A program made the position numbers and the translations under genes. A DNA stretch of 64,000 nt from Ignavibacteriota bacterium (lineage in GTDB: Bacteria; Bacteroidota; Ignavibacteria; UBA10030). The notes beneath the pieces were generated by a model, which saw nothing but the letters and a program-made list of their open reading frames with translations, ran no database searches and was not told where the DNA came from. Shown here one piece after another: positions 38,584 through 49,018 of the stretch (within the stretch, counting starts at the first letter, position 1; the number at the start of each line of letters is the position of its first letter). Location of the stretch: NCBI GenBank assembly GCA_003142475.1, contig PLMK01000006.1, forward strand, positions 10,225 to 74,224. Reading direction: 5' to 3'.

Positions 38584-38784
38584 CCTCTATTCGATGCACG
38601 ATGATAAGCATATTTTTCTGATTGCTTGTTGGTGATATTTCATTTTGTATTCTTTTCAGAATCTACGCTGATCATCACGTTACTTTCTTTTAGCTTCTTA
38701 CACTTTATTGTCTCCAACTCCGATAAATATTTGTCTACTATTTCAGCTACGAGGATTGTGACTTTGAGCCAAACAGATAGATAT

Positions 38785-40092
38785 CTAACACTTAGGATTT
38801 TGTAAATATTCTTCAAGCATCTGACGAAACGAAGGGTGCGCTATCGCAATGAGTGCTTCCGCACGCTGGTGCAGATTTTTTCCATGAAGAGAGGCTACAC
38901 CATATTCCGTCACTACATAATGTACATCTGCCCGTGAAGTAACTACTCCGGCGCCGGACTGTAGCTGGGGTACGATGCGAGATACTGTTCCCTTCTTCGT
39001 AGTTGAGGACAAGGCAATGATCGGTTTGCCTCCTTTTGAATGAGCAGCTCCGCGCACAAAATCCACTTGTCCGCCGAAACCACTATAAATTTTAGTGCCG
39101 ATAGAATCAGCACATACCTGCCCCGTAATATCCACCTCGATACAGGAATTTATCGCAACCATTTTATCGTTTTGCGCTATAATAAAAGGATTGTTTGTAT
39201 AATCGCAAGGATGTATTTCGAACAGTGGATTGTTGTGAACATAGTCGTACAATTTTTTAGTGCCCATAACAAAGGTTGCAACAACCTTGCCCGAATGAAT
39301 CGTTTTTTTCTGACTTGTGATAATGCCTTTTTCAATTGCTTCTACTACGCCGTCGGAAATCATTTCTGTGTGAATACCCAAATGCTGTTTGCCTTCGATA
39401 CGTGCAAGCACAGCATCCGGAATGCCGCCGATACCCAATTGAAGCGTTGCTCCATCTTCAATAATTGGAGTAATAAAATCTGCAATTTTTGCTTCGATAT
39501 CTGAAGCTGTCGTCGGTTTTAATTCCATAATGGGAATAGAACATTCAACAATTTTATGAACTCGTGAAACGTGTATGAATACATCGCCTAAAGTACGCGG
39601 CATGCACTCATTCACTTGTGCTATAACAATCTTCGCATTTTCTGCCGCTGCTTTCGAAGCAGCGCATTCAACACCAAAACTCATAAAACCATGTGCATCG
39701 GGCGGCGAAACATGAATGAACGCAACATCGAGAGGTATGTATTCATCACAAAATAATGACGGGACCTGCGAAAGATGAATTGGTACATAATCAGAAATTC
39801 CATCAGCAATAGATTGACGGTCACCGGGACCAACAAAAAACGAGTTGTGCCGGAAATGGTTATTCATGTCCGGCTTGGAAAGCGGGTCGCCTCCAAATAA
39901 TAAAATATGATTGACTTCAACGTTTGAAAGTTCCTGCGCACGTTTTGCCAGCGCTTCTGTCAATAGAAGAGGCGTTGCCGCGTTGCCGCTGAGAAAAATC
40001 CGGTCATTCGATTTGACAACCTTGACCGCTTCCTCAACTGTCACAACTTTCGACTTGTATTGATCAAGCCAATTCATAATTATTCCTATCAA
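38785..40092 (-). CDS. acetyl-CoA hydrolase/transferase family protein (4-hydroxybutyrate/succinyl-CoA:acetate CoA-transferase-like)
   Basis: Full-length family similarity (GGQVDFVRGA..., ...SGFGGQ...). 435 aa. Confidence 0.7.
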   Translation of the reverse strand: MIGIIMNWLDQYKSKVVTVEEAVKVVKSNDRIFLSGNAATPLLLTEALAKRAQELSNVEVNHILLFGGDPLSKPDMNNHFRHNSFFVGPGDRQSIADGISDYVPIHLSQVPSLFCDEYIPLDVAFIHVSPPDAHGFMSFGVECAASKAAAENAKIVIAQVNECMPRTLGDVFIHVSRVHKIVECSIPIMELKPTTASDIEAKIADFITPIIEDGATLQLGIGGIPDAVLARIEGKQHLGIHTEMISDGVVEAIEKGIITSQKKTIHSGKVVATFVMGTKKLYDYVHNNPLFEIHPCDYTNNPFIIAQNDKMVAINSCIEVDITGQVCADSIGTKIYSGFGGQVDFVRGAAHSKGGKPIIALSSTTKKGTVSRIVPQLQSGAGVVTSRADVHYVVTEYGVASLHGKNLHQRAEALIAIAHPSFRQMLEEYLQNPKC

Positions 40093-41225
40093 GCTTTATT
40101 GAGCGGAGAGTTGAGTAATGTTTGAATGTCTTCTGCTTTTAAATCGAATGCCTTGGCGGAAGCGTTGTTCGTACAACATCCGCGGAATGTGCATACTCCC
40201 TTAGAAAGTCCGACATCAGCACGAAGCACTTGTTCCATTCCAAGTTCAGTCGCTTCTCTCAAGAACGGAAGAAGAACATTTGTCCATCCAACAGTTGCAG
40301 TGCGCGGGACTAATGCAGGTGTATTGGGAACACAATAATGCACTATGCCATGAGTAATATAAACAGGATCGGTTATTGTCGTTGGACGGCTCGTTTCAAT
40401 ACAACCGCCTTGATCAATGGAAATATCAACAATAACAGAACCGGGTTTCATCTGTTTCACTAAATCTTCAGAAACTAAGTGTGGCGTCTTTTCCCCTTTT
40501 AATAGAACAGCTCCAATAAGCGCATCTGCTTCCCGCACTGCACACTCAATATTATATTGATCAGAAACGGCAGTGGCAATTCTCCACTGAAACAAATTCT
40601 CCACTTCGCGCAGGCGGCCGATGTTCTTGTCAATAATCATCACTTTCGCCCCAAGTCCGAGTGCAACACGCGCAGCGGTGCGTCCCACAGTTCCAGCGCC
40701 AAGAATGAGCACATCGGCGGCAGGTACACCGGGAACACTTCCCAAGAGTACACCGCGTCCGCCTTGGCGTGCTTGCAAATAGTGCGCAGCTACTTGAATC
40801 GAAATTTGCCCGGCAATTTCTGCCATGGTCTGAACTATCGGTAGTTCACAATGTTCATTTTCTATCAATTCATATCCGATTGCAGTGATTTTTTTTTCTA
40901 GAAATGTTTCTATTGTTTTACGTTTGGAAATGGCGAGGTGCAATGCTGAAAAAAAGGTCTGTCCTTCGTGCAAAAGTTTTAGTTCCGAATCAGCTGGCGG
41001 TGCAATTTTCAAAACTATATCTGAACGATTAATAACTTCTTCCGGACTGTACACAATGACGGCGCCTGCATTGCTGTATTCATCGTCCGTAAAGAAACTA
41101 AGTGCTCCAGCATTCCGTTCTACATACACAATAGCGCCCAAGCTCACTAATGTTTGCACGCCACCTGGCGTCAGTGCTACGCGTCGTTCCGATGGAGCTA
41201 TTTCTTTCAGTATGCCGATGTTCAT
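40089..41225 (-). CDS. alanine dehydrogenase/PNT-family NAD(P)-dependent dehydrogenase
   Basis: N-terminal KEIAPSERRVALTPGGV and Rossmann LILGAGTVGRTAARVALGLGAKV. ATGA overlap with the downstream CoA-transferase. Confidence 0.65.
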   Translation of the reverse strand: MNIGILKEIAPSERRVALTPGGVQTLVSLGAIVYVERNAGALSFFTDDEYSNAGAVIVYSPEEVINRSDIVLKIAPPADSELKLLHEGQTFFSALHLAISKRKTIETFLEKKITAIGYELIENEHCELPIVQTMAEIAGQISIQVAAHYLQARQGGRGVLLGSVPGVPAADVLILGAGTVGRTAARVALGLGAKVMIIDKNIGRLREVENLFQWRIATAVSDQYNIECAVREADALIGAVLLKGEKTPHLVSEDLVKQMKPGSVIVDISIDQGGCIETSRPTTITDPVYITHGIVHYCVPNTPALVPRTATVGWTNVLLPFLREATELGMEQVLRADVGLSKGVCTFRGCCTNNASAKAFDLKAEDIQTLLNSPLNKA

Positions 41226-41462
41226 GCCGATAATCCTTCCTATAATATATTTCTTGCCGTACCTTAGAAAATGATTATGTGAAGTGCAAGATGCATTCTC
41301 AGTTTGCTATGATTCTATTTTATAATGGTACTGTGAAGGAAAAAAGGTAATAATATTTAAGGTTGACACGTTGAAGTTCTTTGGTCTTCATACCAGAACC
41401 TCCGTTCAAAATTCATAGGAATAATATTTCTAAATAAGAATATGCTCTTTGTTTAAGCAGTC

Positions 41463-41786
41463 TTACAAGAATTCAGGATTGCATTCAGAGATGACGCCAT
41501 TACTTACTTGACCGCAGGCGCGGATTTCATTCAGTTTCTGATTAATGTGCAGCACAATGCGACTCTTTTCTTCTAAAAGTTCACGTACAAAAGAATTCAC
41601 AGCCGGATAATCGCATTCCGTCATAATTGTCTCATAGAATTGGATCATCTCTGCTTCTTTTCGCATTGCCTCAGTCAACATTTTACATGTGATACGACAG
41701 TCATGGTTGCATTTCGCATTACCAGACTCAATTGCATGTTCACTCCATGCTTGAATTGCGGATTGTGTGTTTTCTATCTGCTTCAT
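41463..41786 (-). CDS. hypothetical small Cys-containing protein
   Basis: ORF is translationally coupled (4-nt overlap) to the OFOR gamma subunit. Six Cys in 107 aa. Confidence 0.35.
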   Translation of the reverse strand: MKQIENTQSAIQAWSEHAIESGNAKCNHDCRITCKMLTEAMRKEAEMIQFYETIMTECDYPAVNSFVRELLEEKSRIVLHINQKLNEIRACGQVSNGVISECNPEFL

Positions 41787-42358
41787 CGTACCACCATTTC
41801 AGTTGCCACTTGTATTGCTAATTCTTTACCTCGTGCTAAAGCTTGCTCATTGAGAGGAATCAAATGTTGTCTATGCGGAGGCAGGACACTGTGTAGAGCA
41901 CTTATTACATGTTCCAACTTTACAATAGGACGCATCTCAAGGAAAGCGCCGAGTAAAATCATGTTTGCCACTTGTTTACTCTTGAGTTTTTGAGCTTCTT
42001 CTAATCCGGGAATGGCAAGAACCTCAATGTCTTTTCTCGACGGCGGACGAAGTATCGTGGATTTTTCATAGATCAAAATGCCACCCGGTTTCACAGCATT
42101 TTCAAATTTTTCAATCGACGGCTGATTTAATACAATTGCAGTATCAAACTTCGTGATAATAGGAGAACTGATGCGTGAATCAGAAACTATTACAGTGCAA
42201 TTCGCTGTGCCGCCGCGCATCTCAGGGCCGTACGAAGGCATCCAACTCACTTCTTTCTTTCCTTCCATTGCAGCGTATGCAATGATTTGTCCCATTGAAA
42301 GAACGCCCTGACCGCCAAAGCCGGCAATAATTATTTCTTGAGTCATGCTCATATTCAT
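41783..42358 (-). CDS. 2-oxoacid:ferredoxin oxidoreductase, gamma subunit
   Basis: IIIAGFGGQGVLSMGQIIAYAAM...GPEMRGG, typical of PorG/KorC. Confidence 0.85.
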   Translation of the reverse strand: MNMSMTQEIIIAGFGGQGVLSMGQIIAYAAMEGKKEVSWMPSYGPEMRGGTANCTVIVSDSRISSPIITKFDTAIVLNQPSIEKFENAVKPGGILIYEKSTILRPPSRKDIEVLAIPGLEEAQKLKSKQVANMILLGAFLEMRPIVKLEHVISALHSVLPPHRQHLIPLNEQALARGKELAIQVATEMVVR

Positions 42359-42422
42359 AATCGCTTTATTATCTAAGAATTTATTGTTTCACCATCTTTA
42401 CAGATTTCTATGATATTCCAAA

Positions 42423-43232
42423 TTAACTCTTTGGCACTTTAATATCACCAAGTGGATAAATTGGAAACATGTTTTTCTCTAGCCACTCGTTGGATTCTAC
42501 TGGTGTCATTTTCCAACCGGACGGACAATTAGAGACAATCTCAATAAAACAAGTTCCTTTTTTTTCTTTTTGGTATTTGAATGACGTAGAAATTGCTTTT
42601 TTCAACTTACGTACGGCTGCCGTATTGTGTACCGAGTGCCGTGAGACGTAGTACGCACCGGGAAGCTGTGCAAGCATTTCTGTAATCTTCAATGGATTGC
42701 CCATTGTCGCTACTTCGCGTCCAAATGGTGATGTTGTTGTTTTCATGCCCAATATTGATGTCGGAGCCATTTGACCACCAGTCATTCCGTATATACCGTT
42801 ATTGATGAAGAGCATGAGAATATTTTCACCGCGGTTAACTGTATGAATTGTTTCACCAGTACCAATTGCCGCAAGATCGCCGTCGCCTTGATAAGAAAAA
42901 ACATATTTATCGGGAAGGACACGCTTGACTCCTGTCGCTACAGCACTTGCGCGTCCGTGTGCCGCTTCCTGCATGTCGATGTTCATATAATCGTACGCAA
43001 AGACAGCGCATCCGACCGGCGCAACGCCGATAGTTTCTTCCTGAATATTCATTTCCTCAATAACTTCCATCAGAATTTTATGCACTACACCATGTCCGCA
43101 TCCCGGGCAATAGTGTGTCGGCGTGTCGGTAAGCGTTTTAGGCTTTGCATAAACGACTTCTAATCCGTCAATATTCGTTGCTGTTTCCATTTCTTCCATC
43201 CTATGCATGCGCCGTTTGAAATTCTTTGGCAA
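42423..43232 (-). CDS. 2-oxoacid:ferredoxin oxidoreductase, beta subunit (TPP-binding)
   Basis: CPGCGHG motif and GDG...N TPP-binding block. Confidence 0.85.
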   Translation of the reverse strand: MPKNFKRRMHRMEEMETATNIDGLEVVYAKPKTLTDTPTHYCPGCGHGVVHKILMEVIEEMNIQEETIGVAPVGCAVFAYDYMNIDMQEAAHGRASAVATGVKRVLPDKYVFSYQGDGDLAAIGTGETIHTVNRGENILMLFINNGIYGMTGGQMAPTSILGMKTTTSPFGREVATMGNPLKITEMLAQLPGAYYVSRHSVHNTAAVRKLKKAISTSFKYQKEKKGTCFIEIVSNCPSGWKMTPVESNEWLEKNMFPIYPLGDIKVPKS

Positions 43233-44304
43233 TTGATTCCACTTTTATCAGTACTTCTTCCGGTGATGGAATCATTCCGCCCATCCGTCCGTAAAAATGT
43301 ACCGGGCATTTGCCATTAATTGCAAGCCGCACATCTTCCACCATTTGTCCCGCATTCATCTCAACCGTCAGAAATACTTTTGCATGCTTCGCTAACTTTG
43401 CAAGCGCATTTGTTGGAAATGGATACAGGGTGATGGGACGAAGCAATCCAACCTTTAATCCTTTTTCGCGTGCCAAGTTCATTGTCTTATCACAAATGCG
43501 GGATGTTAATCCGAATGCGACAAGAACAATTTCTGCATCTTCGGTCTGGTATTCTTCCCAGCGAACTTCCTTCTGCAATTGATTGTATTTTTCTTGCAGG
43601 ACTAAATTCAATTTCTCCATTCGCTCCGGTTGGATGAAAAGAGAAGTAATAATATTTCGTTCGCGCGAATTCGGTTTGCCTATCGTCGCCCAAGGGGCAT
43701 TCGTTTTTGGCAAAGAACCAGCCACAGGTAATGTAACCTTTTCCATCATCTGACCGAGAGCACCGTCGGCAAGAATCATCGCCGGATTACGGTACTTCTC
43801 CGTTAAACGAAACGCATCGAATATAAAATCTACCATTTCCTGCACAGACGATGGTGCAAGGACGATAAGATGATAATCACCATGACCGCCACCTTTTACT
43901 GCCTGAAAATAATCTGCTTGTGAAGGCTGAATAGTGCCAAGACCGGGTCCGCCTCGCTGAACATTTACAATTACTGCCGGCAATTGCGCTGACGCCATAT
44001 ACGAAAGACACTCCTGCATTAAACTAATACCGGGGCTGGAAGATGAAATCATTACCCGCGCACCAACACCGGAAGCACCATGCACCATATTAATAGCCGC
44101 AATTTCGCTCTCTGCTTGCAGTATCACAACACCCGGATAATTTGGTGCCTGAATTGAAAGATACTCCATTACTTCTGTTTGCGGTGTAATTGGATATCCA
44201 AAGTATGCCTGCATACCCGCACGCAAAGCGGCCTCTGCAAGAGCTTCGTTGCCTTTCATTAATCGAGTGTTAGATTTTCCGTTTCCACTTGCCATGTTTT
44301 TCAC
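43201..44304 (-). CDS. 2-oxoacid:ferredoxin oxidoreductase, alpha subunit
   Basis: LMKGNEALAEAALRAG...YFGYPITPQTEV N-terminus typical of PorA/KorA. Confidence 0.85.
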   Translation of the reverse strand: MKNMASGNGKSNTRLMKGNEALAEAALRAGMQAYFGYPITPQTEVMEYLSIQAPNYPGVVILQAESEIAAINMVHGASGVGARVMISSSSPGISLMQECLSYMASAQLPAVIVNVQRGGPGLGTIQPSQADYFQAVKGGGHGDYHLIVLAPSSVQEMVDFIFDAFRLTEKYRNPAMILADGALGQMMEKVTLPVAGSLPKTNAPWATIGKPNSRERNIITSLFIQPERMEKLNLVLQEKYNQLQKEVRWEEYQTEDAEIVLVAFGLTSRICDKTMNLAREKGLKVGLLRPITLYPFPTNALAKLAKHAKVFLTVEMNAGQMVEDVRLAINGKCPVHFYGRMGGMIPSPEEVLIKVESIAKEFQTAHA

Positions 44305-44365
44305 ATTTCTTAATCTAGTAATTTATTTTAGAGTGCTTCCTGCGATTTTTTTGTCCTGTTGTTAT

Positions 44366-44611
44366 TTATGAAATTTTTTGCGTTGCTGACTTGATCTCTT
44401 TTTTTTGACGGTACACTGTAATAGCACTATCAGGACAAACGATAGCGCAGTTGATGCATCCTGTACAAGAATCATTCTTCAATTGTGCGTAGCGGTAACC
44501 CTTCGAATTCAATTGGGCTGATAACTCCAAACAATCCTGCGGACAAGCTGTAACGCACAACTCGCACGCTTTACAAATTTCTATTGAAACGATTATCGTA
44601 CCTCGAATCAT
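44366..44611 (-). CDS. 2-oxoacid:ferredoxin oxidoreductase, delta subunit (2x[4Fe-4S] ferredoxin)
   Basis: Two CxxCxxCxxxCP motifs in 81 aa. Confidence 0.8.
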   Translation of the reverse strand: MIRGTIIVSIEICKACELCVTACPQDCLELSAQLNSKGYRYAQLKNDSCTGCINCAIVCPDSAITVYRQKKEIKSATQKIS

Positions 44612-45088
44612 TTAATACTCCGGCGGATTTGTTTTTCGCTAACGATTAACTATAGAAGAAATCACATATTAGTCTATAACGCTCAAGTAGTGTGCCACAT
44701 TGCATATTATTTGAGAGAACAGCTTAAACGCTATATTTCAAAGGAAATAAAGCGAGCTTGGCACTTTTAGGAAGATTCCAAAATAGCTTTCCCGAAAGCG
44801 ATAAGTAATAAAATAAACGAATTGAAGCATTATTGCAATATAGTTACATCCTCAATGCAACTCACTGTTTTTTACTTTGCTATTTGTCAATGCATCCAAA
44901 ACCTATAAAAAGGGATAACATTTACAATATGCGATGTTTCTGAAATTGCGATCTCGTACATGGAATCATTTCCTTATTAAATCTATTGAAAGGTATATAT
45001 ACTGTTATCCTTCCATTGCTTGATTATGGAAGGAAAAAAAACTAAAGTGATTCTATTATTCAAACAATACTTAATATAGGAGAATGTT

Positions 45089-46543
45089 ATGCAAAATTTC
45101 GATTTTACACTTAATAATTTGAATAATTTCTTTCCAGAGAATTTTAGCGAAGAGCAAAAAGCAAAAGCGAAAACCTTTTTTTTAAAAGAACTTTCGCTTT
45201 TATGTCATAAATTTTACAGAGGAAAGATAGCTACAATACCAAAGGCGGGAATTTATGGATTCAACTGGTTTAATGTCTGGTATACGCCGGGTGTTTCAAA
45301 AATCTCTACGACGATTCGCGATAACAACGACACTTCGTTCGACCTATCAAATCGAGGAAATTTAGTTGCCGTCGTGTCTGATTCAACCCGTGTTCTCGGT
45401 GATGGTGATTGCACGCCTCCCGGTGGATTAGGTGTCATGGAGGGAAAAGGACTTCTCATGAAATACCTTGGCGGTGTCGATGCTGTTGCGCTTTGCATCA
45501 ACTCAATCAATGCAAAAGGAGAACATGATCCAGACAAAATTATCGAATTTGTTAAAATGCTGGAACCTAGCTTCGGAGCTGTAAATCTCGAAGACATTTC
45601 TCAGCCCAATTGTTTTAAAGTACTTGATACACTGCGTGAGGAATGCAATATTCCTGTGTGGCATGACGATGCTCAAGGGACGGGCAGCGTGACACTTGCA
45701 GGATTGATCAATGCTCTTCGTGTTGTTGGTAAAGACATGAAGAATGTGAAGATCGTATTCTTTGGCGCAGGAGCATCAAACACTACAATTGCCCGATTGA
45801 TATTAAAGGCTGGCGTCGATCCGTATAAAGTGATTATGTTCGATACAAAGAGTGCACTTCACAGAAATCGTAAGGATATTGAGGTAGATAAAGCATTTTA
45901 CCGTAAGTGGGAAATCTGCCAGACAACAAATCCATCATGCATCGAAGACATTGAAACTGCAGTAACTGATGCTGATGTTCTCATTGCGTTAAGTAAACCT
46001 GGTCCCGATGTTATTAAACGAACATGGATACAGAAAATGGCTAAGAAGTCTATCGTTTTTGCTTGTGCAAATCCGGTTCCTGAAATTTATCCGTATGCCG
46101 CTAAAGAAGCCGGTGCTTACATTGTTGCGACCGGACGTGGTGATTTCCCTAATCAAGTGAACAACTCGATGGGCTTCCCCGGTATTCTCAAAGGTGCTCT
46201 TATGGTGCGTGCAAGAAAAATTACAGATGAAATGGCAATTACCGCAGCATATTCCATGGCAAATTTCGCAATGAAAAAAGGTCTCAATCCTGATTATATC
46301 ATGCCCACAATGGAAGAAACTGAATTATTTGCTCAAGAAGCCGCTGATGTTGGCACGCAGGCGATTAAGCAAGGTGTTGCGCGAATTCAACTCAGTCATC
46401 AAGAAATTTACGATACAACACTTCGCGATATAAAAGAGGCTCGCAGTATATTAGATTTGTTAATGAAAGAAAATTTTATAAAAAAACCCGATATTGCATT
46501 TATCGAAGAAGCAGTGAAAAAGGCAATTGAATCAGTTACATAA
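45089..46543 (+). CDS. NAD(P)-dependent malic enzyme
   Basis: VVSDSTRVLGDGDCTPPGGLGVMEGKGLLMKYLGG malic-enzyme signature and GAGASN NAD-binding motif. Confidence 0.8.
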   Translation: MQNFDFTLNNLNNFFPENFSEEQKAKAKTFFLKELSLLCHKFYRGKIATIPKAGIYGFNWFNVWYTPGVSKISTTIRDNNDTSFDLSNRGNLVAVVSDSTRVLGDGDCTPPGGLGVMEGKGLLMKYLGGVDAVALCINSINAKGEHDPDKIIEFVKMLEPSFGAVNLEDISQPNCFKVLDTLREECNIPVWHDDAQGTGSVTLAGLINALRVVGKDMKNVKIVFFGAGASNTTIARLILKAGVDPYKVIMFDTKSALHRNRKDIEVDKAFYRKWEICQTTNPSCIEDIETAVTDADVLIALSKPGPDVIKRTWIQKMAKKSIVFACANPVPEIYPYAAKEAGAYIVATGRGDFPNQVNNSMGFPGILKGALMVRARKITDEMAITAAYSMANFAMKKGLNPDYIMPTMEETELFAQEAADVGTQAIKQGVARIQLSHQEIYDTTLRDIKEARSILDLLMKENFIKKPDIAFIEEAVKKAIESVT

Positions 46544-46657
46544 ATCTATAATAATGCATAGAAAATCGTTTTCTACATTGAAACAAAACTGAAAACGATA
46601 CGATTAATTATTCGTATTTGAAATACGAAGTGTCTTAGTAATAAGACGAGGTGTAAT

Positions 46658-48886
46658 ATGAAGAAGATAATTATTAAGATATTTTTCCCAATTATTGGAT
46701 TGATATCACTTATCTGGTTTTTATTTCGTGTCGTTCCCAAACCAAGTCGTGCCACGTATCCCTGCATGCGTGTTGCCTATCCTATAGCCTCTTCTTTTGT
46801 AATCTACTTTCTTGGATTGGTTACTTCTGCTTTTGCTTTTGGCAAAATGAAAGAGCATTGGAAATATTCACACTATTGGACTATGATCGGCTTTTTGGTG
46901 ATTGCACTAATAACAGGATTTTTCTCTTTTCAGGCAGATCAACCTCCAGTATATGCTAATACAAGCAATCTTGGTGCAGCTAACGCACCTATTGGCGAAG
47001 CAAAAGGAATATACCCGGGAAGAGTGGTTTGGGTGCATGATTCTGCCGCTACAAATCAAAATTGTGTCCCCGGTTCTTACGGTCATGGATGGTTTTTGCC
47101 TGAGAACAATAATCAGACAGTTGTAGACGGGATGGTTTCTTCTGCTGTTCAAAAACTGACAGGACAGATTACAGATAGTGCTGCTTGGAGGGCGATATTT
47201 GAATATCATAATACGACACGCGGCAAGGGGGCTGTCAATTACGCAGCCGGAGAAAAAATCCTCATAAAAATAAACGCTACAAGCGGCTGGAGTGGAAACT
47301 ATAATACATCGGATCTATCAAAGGTATACAATTCAAATTACGGTATCTCCGAAACTTCCCCGGCGATTGTGCTGTCGGTACTGCGTCACCTCGTGAACAA
47401 GGTGCGTGTTTCACAGACCGATATCTATATCGGCGATCCGATGAAGCACATCTACAAACACTGCTACGACCTCTGGCATGCGGAATTTCCGAACGTCCAC
47501 TATCTCGATAACAGCTACTCCACGCTGGGAAGAGAAAAAGCAACCGCAAGCACTACAGCAAAAATATATTATTCCGATCACGGAGCCGTGTTGCGCGCGA
47601 ACGTTTGGGACCCGGGGAGACCCGGGGGAAGTCCTATCTATAATGATTATCTTTACACAATATTATCAACCACGGAATATGTTATCAACCTGCCGATGTT
47701 AAAAGGACACCAGCGGGCGGGCATAACGGCTTTTGCTAAGAATAATTTCGGTTCACAAACCAGAGCAGATGCGTCACAGCTACATGACGGTCTTGTGGCT
47801 CCGATGCAAATGGAGAATGGCATAACAAGACCTGGATACGGTTTATATCGCGTTCAGGTCGATTTCATGACACATTCACTCACCGGAAAAAAGAACCTAT
47901 TTTACTTGATGGATGCCCTGTGGGCGACCGACTACGAAGCGGACGTTCCTTTAAAATGGCAAATGGCTCCGTTCAATAACGACTGGATGTCTTCGGTATT
48001 CGCATCATTCGATCCTGTCGCTATCGAATCTGTTGGGTACGATTTTCTCCGTTCTGAATTTACTGCCGCGCGCGGCAACTGCTCTACTGTTGTTCAAATG
48101 GATGGAGTTGATGATTATTTACATCAGGCAGCGGATTCATTGAATTGGGCAAGCGGTATTAAGTATGATCCTGATAGTAATGGGGTACATATTAAAAGCC
48201 TTGGAACGCATGAACACTGGAATAATGCGACTGAAAAACAATACACAAGGAATCTCGGAACTGGTCAAGGAATTGAATTAATCTCTATTGATAATTCTTC
48301 CCTTCTCGTCCAACTCGTTTCTTTTGGTGTTATGCTTAAAGAAACTCAAATATTGCTTGTATGGAAAACTGCATCAGAAGAGAATAACTATGGATTTGAA
48401 GTGGAGAGAAGAGCAATTGTCAGTGATCAGTCATCGATGACCAATACGTGGCAGAAAATTGGGTTTGTTGCCGGTAACGGTTCCAGCAATATTACGCATG
48501 AGTATTCTTTCAGCGATCTCAAGCTTACGGTAGGCAGATATGTCTATCGTTTGAAACAGATTGATAATGATGGGACGTTTACATATTCAACAAGTGTAGA
48601 AGTGAAGATTGGAGCAGCGCCGGCTGTTTTCTCTTTGTCTCAAAATTATCCTAATCCATTCAATCCATCTACGGTTATTAAGTATCAAATAAAAAGTTTC
48701 TGCAATGTTCACTTGGAGGTGTTCGATATGCTGGGAAGAGAAGTAAAAAAATTAGTACACGATGAACAAGATGCAGGTTTTTACTCAGTAACTTTCGATG
48801 CAAACAATTTACCCAGTGGAACATATCTCTATAGATTACATGCAGGAAATTTTGTTGAGACGAAAAAGCTAATTTTACTGAAATGA
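46658..48886 (+). CDS. T9SS C-terminal-domain protein with N-terminal hydrophobic segments
   Basis: Ends NYPNPFNPSTVIKYQ...YLYRLHAGNFVETKKLILLK (T9SS CTD). Three N-terminal hydrophobic stretches. Confidence 0.6.
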   Translation: MKKIIIKIFFPIIGLISLIWFLFRVVPKPSRATYPCMRVAYPIASSFVIYFLGLVTSAFAFGKMKEHWKYSHYWTMIGFLVIALITGFFSFQADQPPVYANTSNLGAANAPIGEAKGIYPGRVVWVHDSAATNQNCVPGSYGHGWFLPENNNQTVVDGMVSSAVQKLTGQITDSAAWRAIFEYHNTTRGKGAVNYAAGEKILIKINATSGWSGNYNTSDLSKVYNSNYGISETSPAIVLSVLRHLVNKVRVSQTDIYIGDPMKHIYKHCYDLWHAEFPNVHYLDNSYSTLGREKATASTTAKIYYSDHGAVLRANVWDPGRPGGSPIYNDYLYTILSTTEYVINLPMLKGHQRAGITAFAKNNFGSQTRADASQLHDGLVAPMQMENGITRPGYGLYRVQVDFMTHSLTGKKNLFYLMDALWATDYEADVPLKWQMAPFNNDWMSSVFASFDPVAIESVGYDFLRSEFTAARGNCSTVVQMDGVDDYLHQAADSLNWASGIKYDPDSNGVHIKSLGTHEHWNNATEKQYTRNLGTGQGIELISIDNSSLLVQLVSFGVMLKETQILLVWKTASEENNYGFEVERRAIVSDQSSMTNTWQKIGFVAGNGSSNITHEYSFSDLKLTVGRYVYRLKQIDNDGTFTYSTSVEVKIGAAPAVFSLSQNYPNPFNPSTVIKYQIKSFCNVHLEVFDMLGREVKKLVHDEQDAGFYSVTFDANNLPSGTYLYRLHAGNFVETKKLILLK

Positions 48887-48960
48887 GACAATTGTAAAAG
48901 ACAACAAAAACAATATCATCGCTTATACGCATATTAAGAATCATTGTCTAAAAAAATTAA

Positions 48961-48998
48961 AAGCTTGACTCTATTATCTCAGAATCAAGCTTTTTTAT
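48961..48998 (+). terminator. rho-independent terminator
   Basis: aagcttgactct...agaatcaagctt stem followed by ttttttatttt. Confidence 0.6.
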
Positions 48999-49018
48999 TT
49001 TCAGTATAAAATGTTCTC

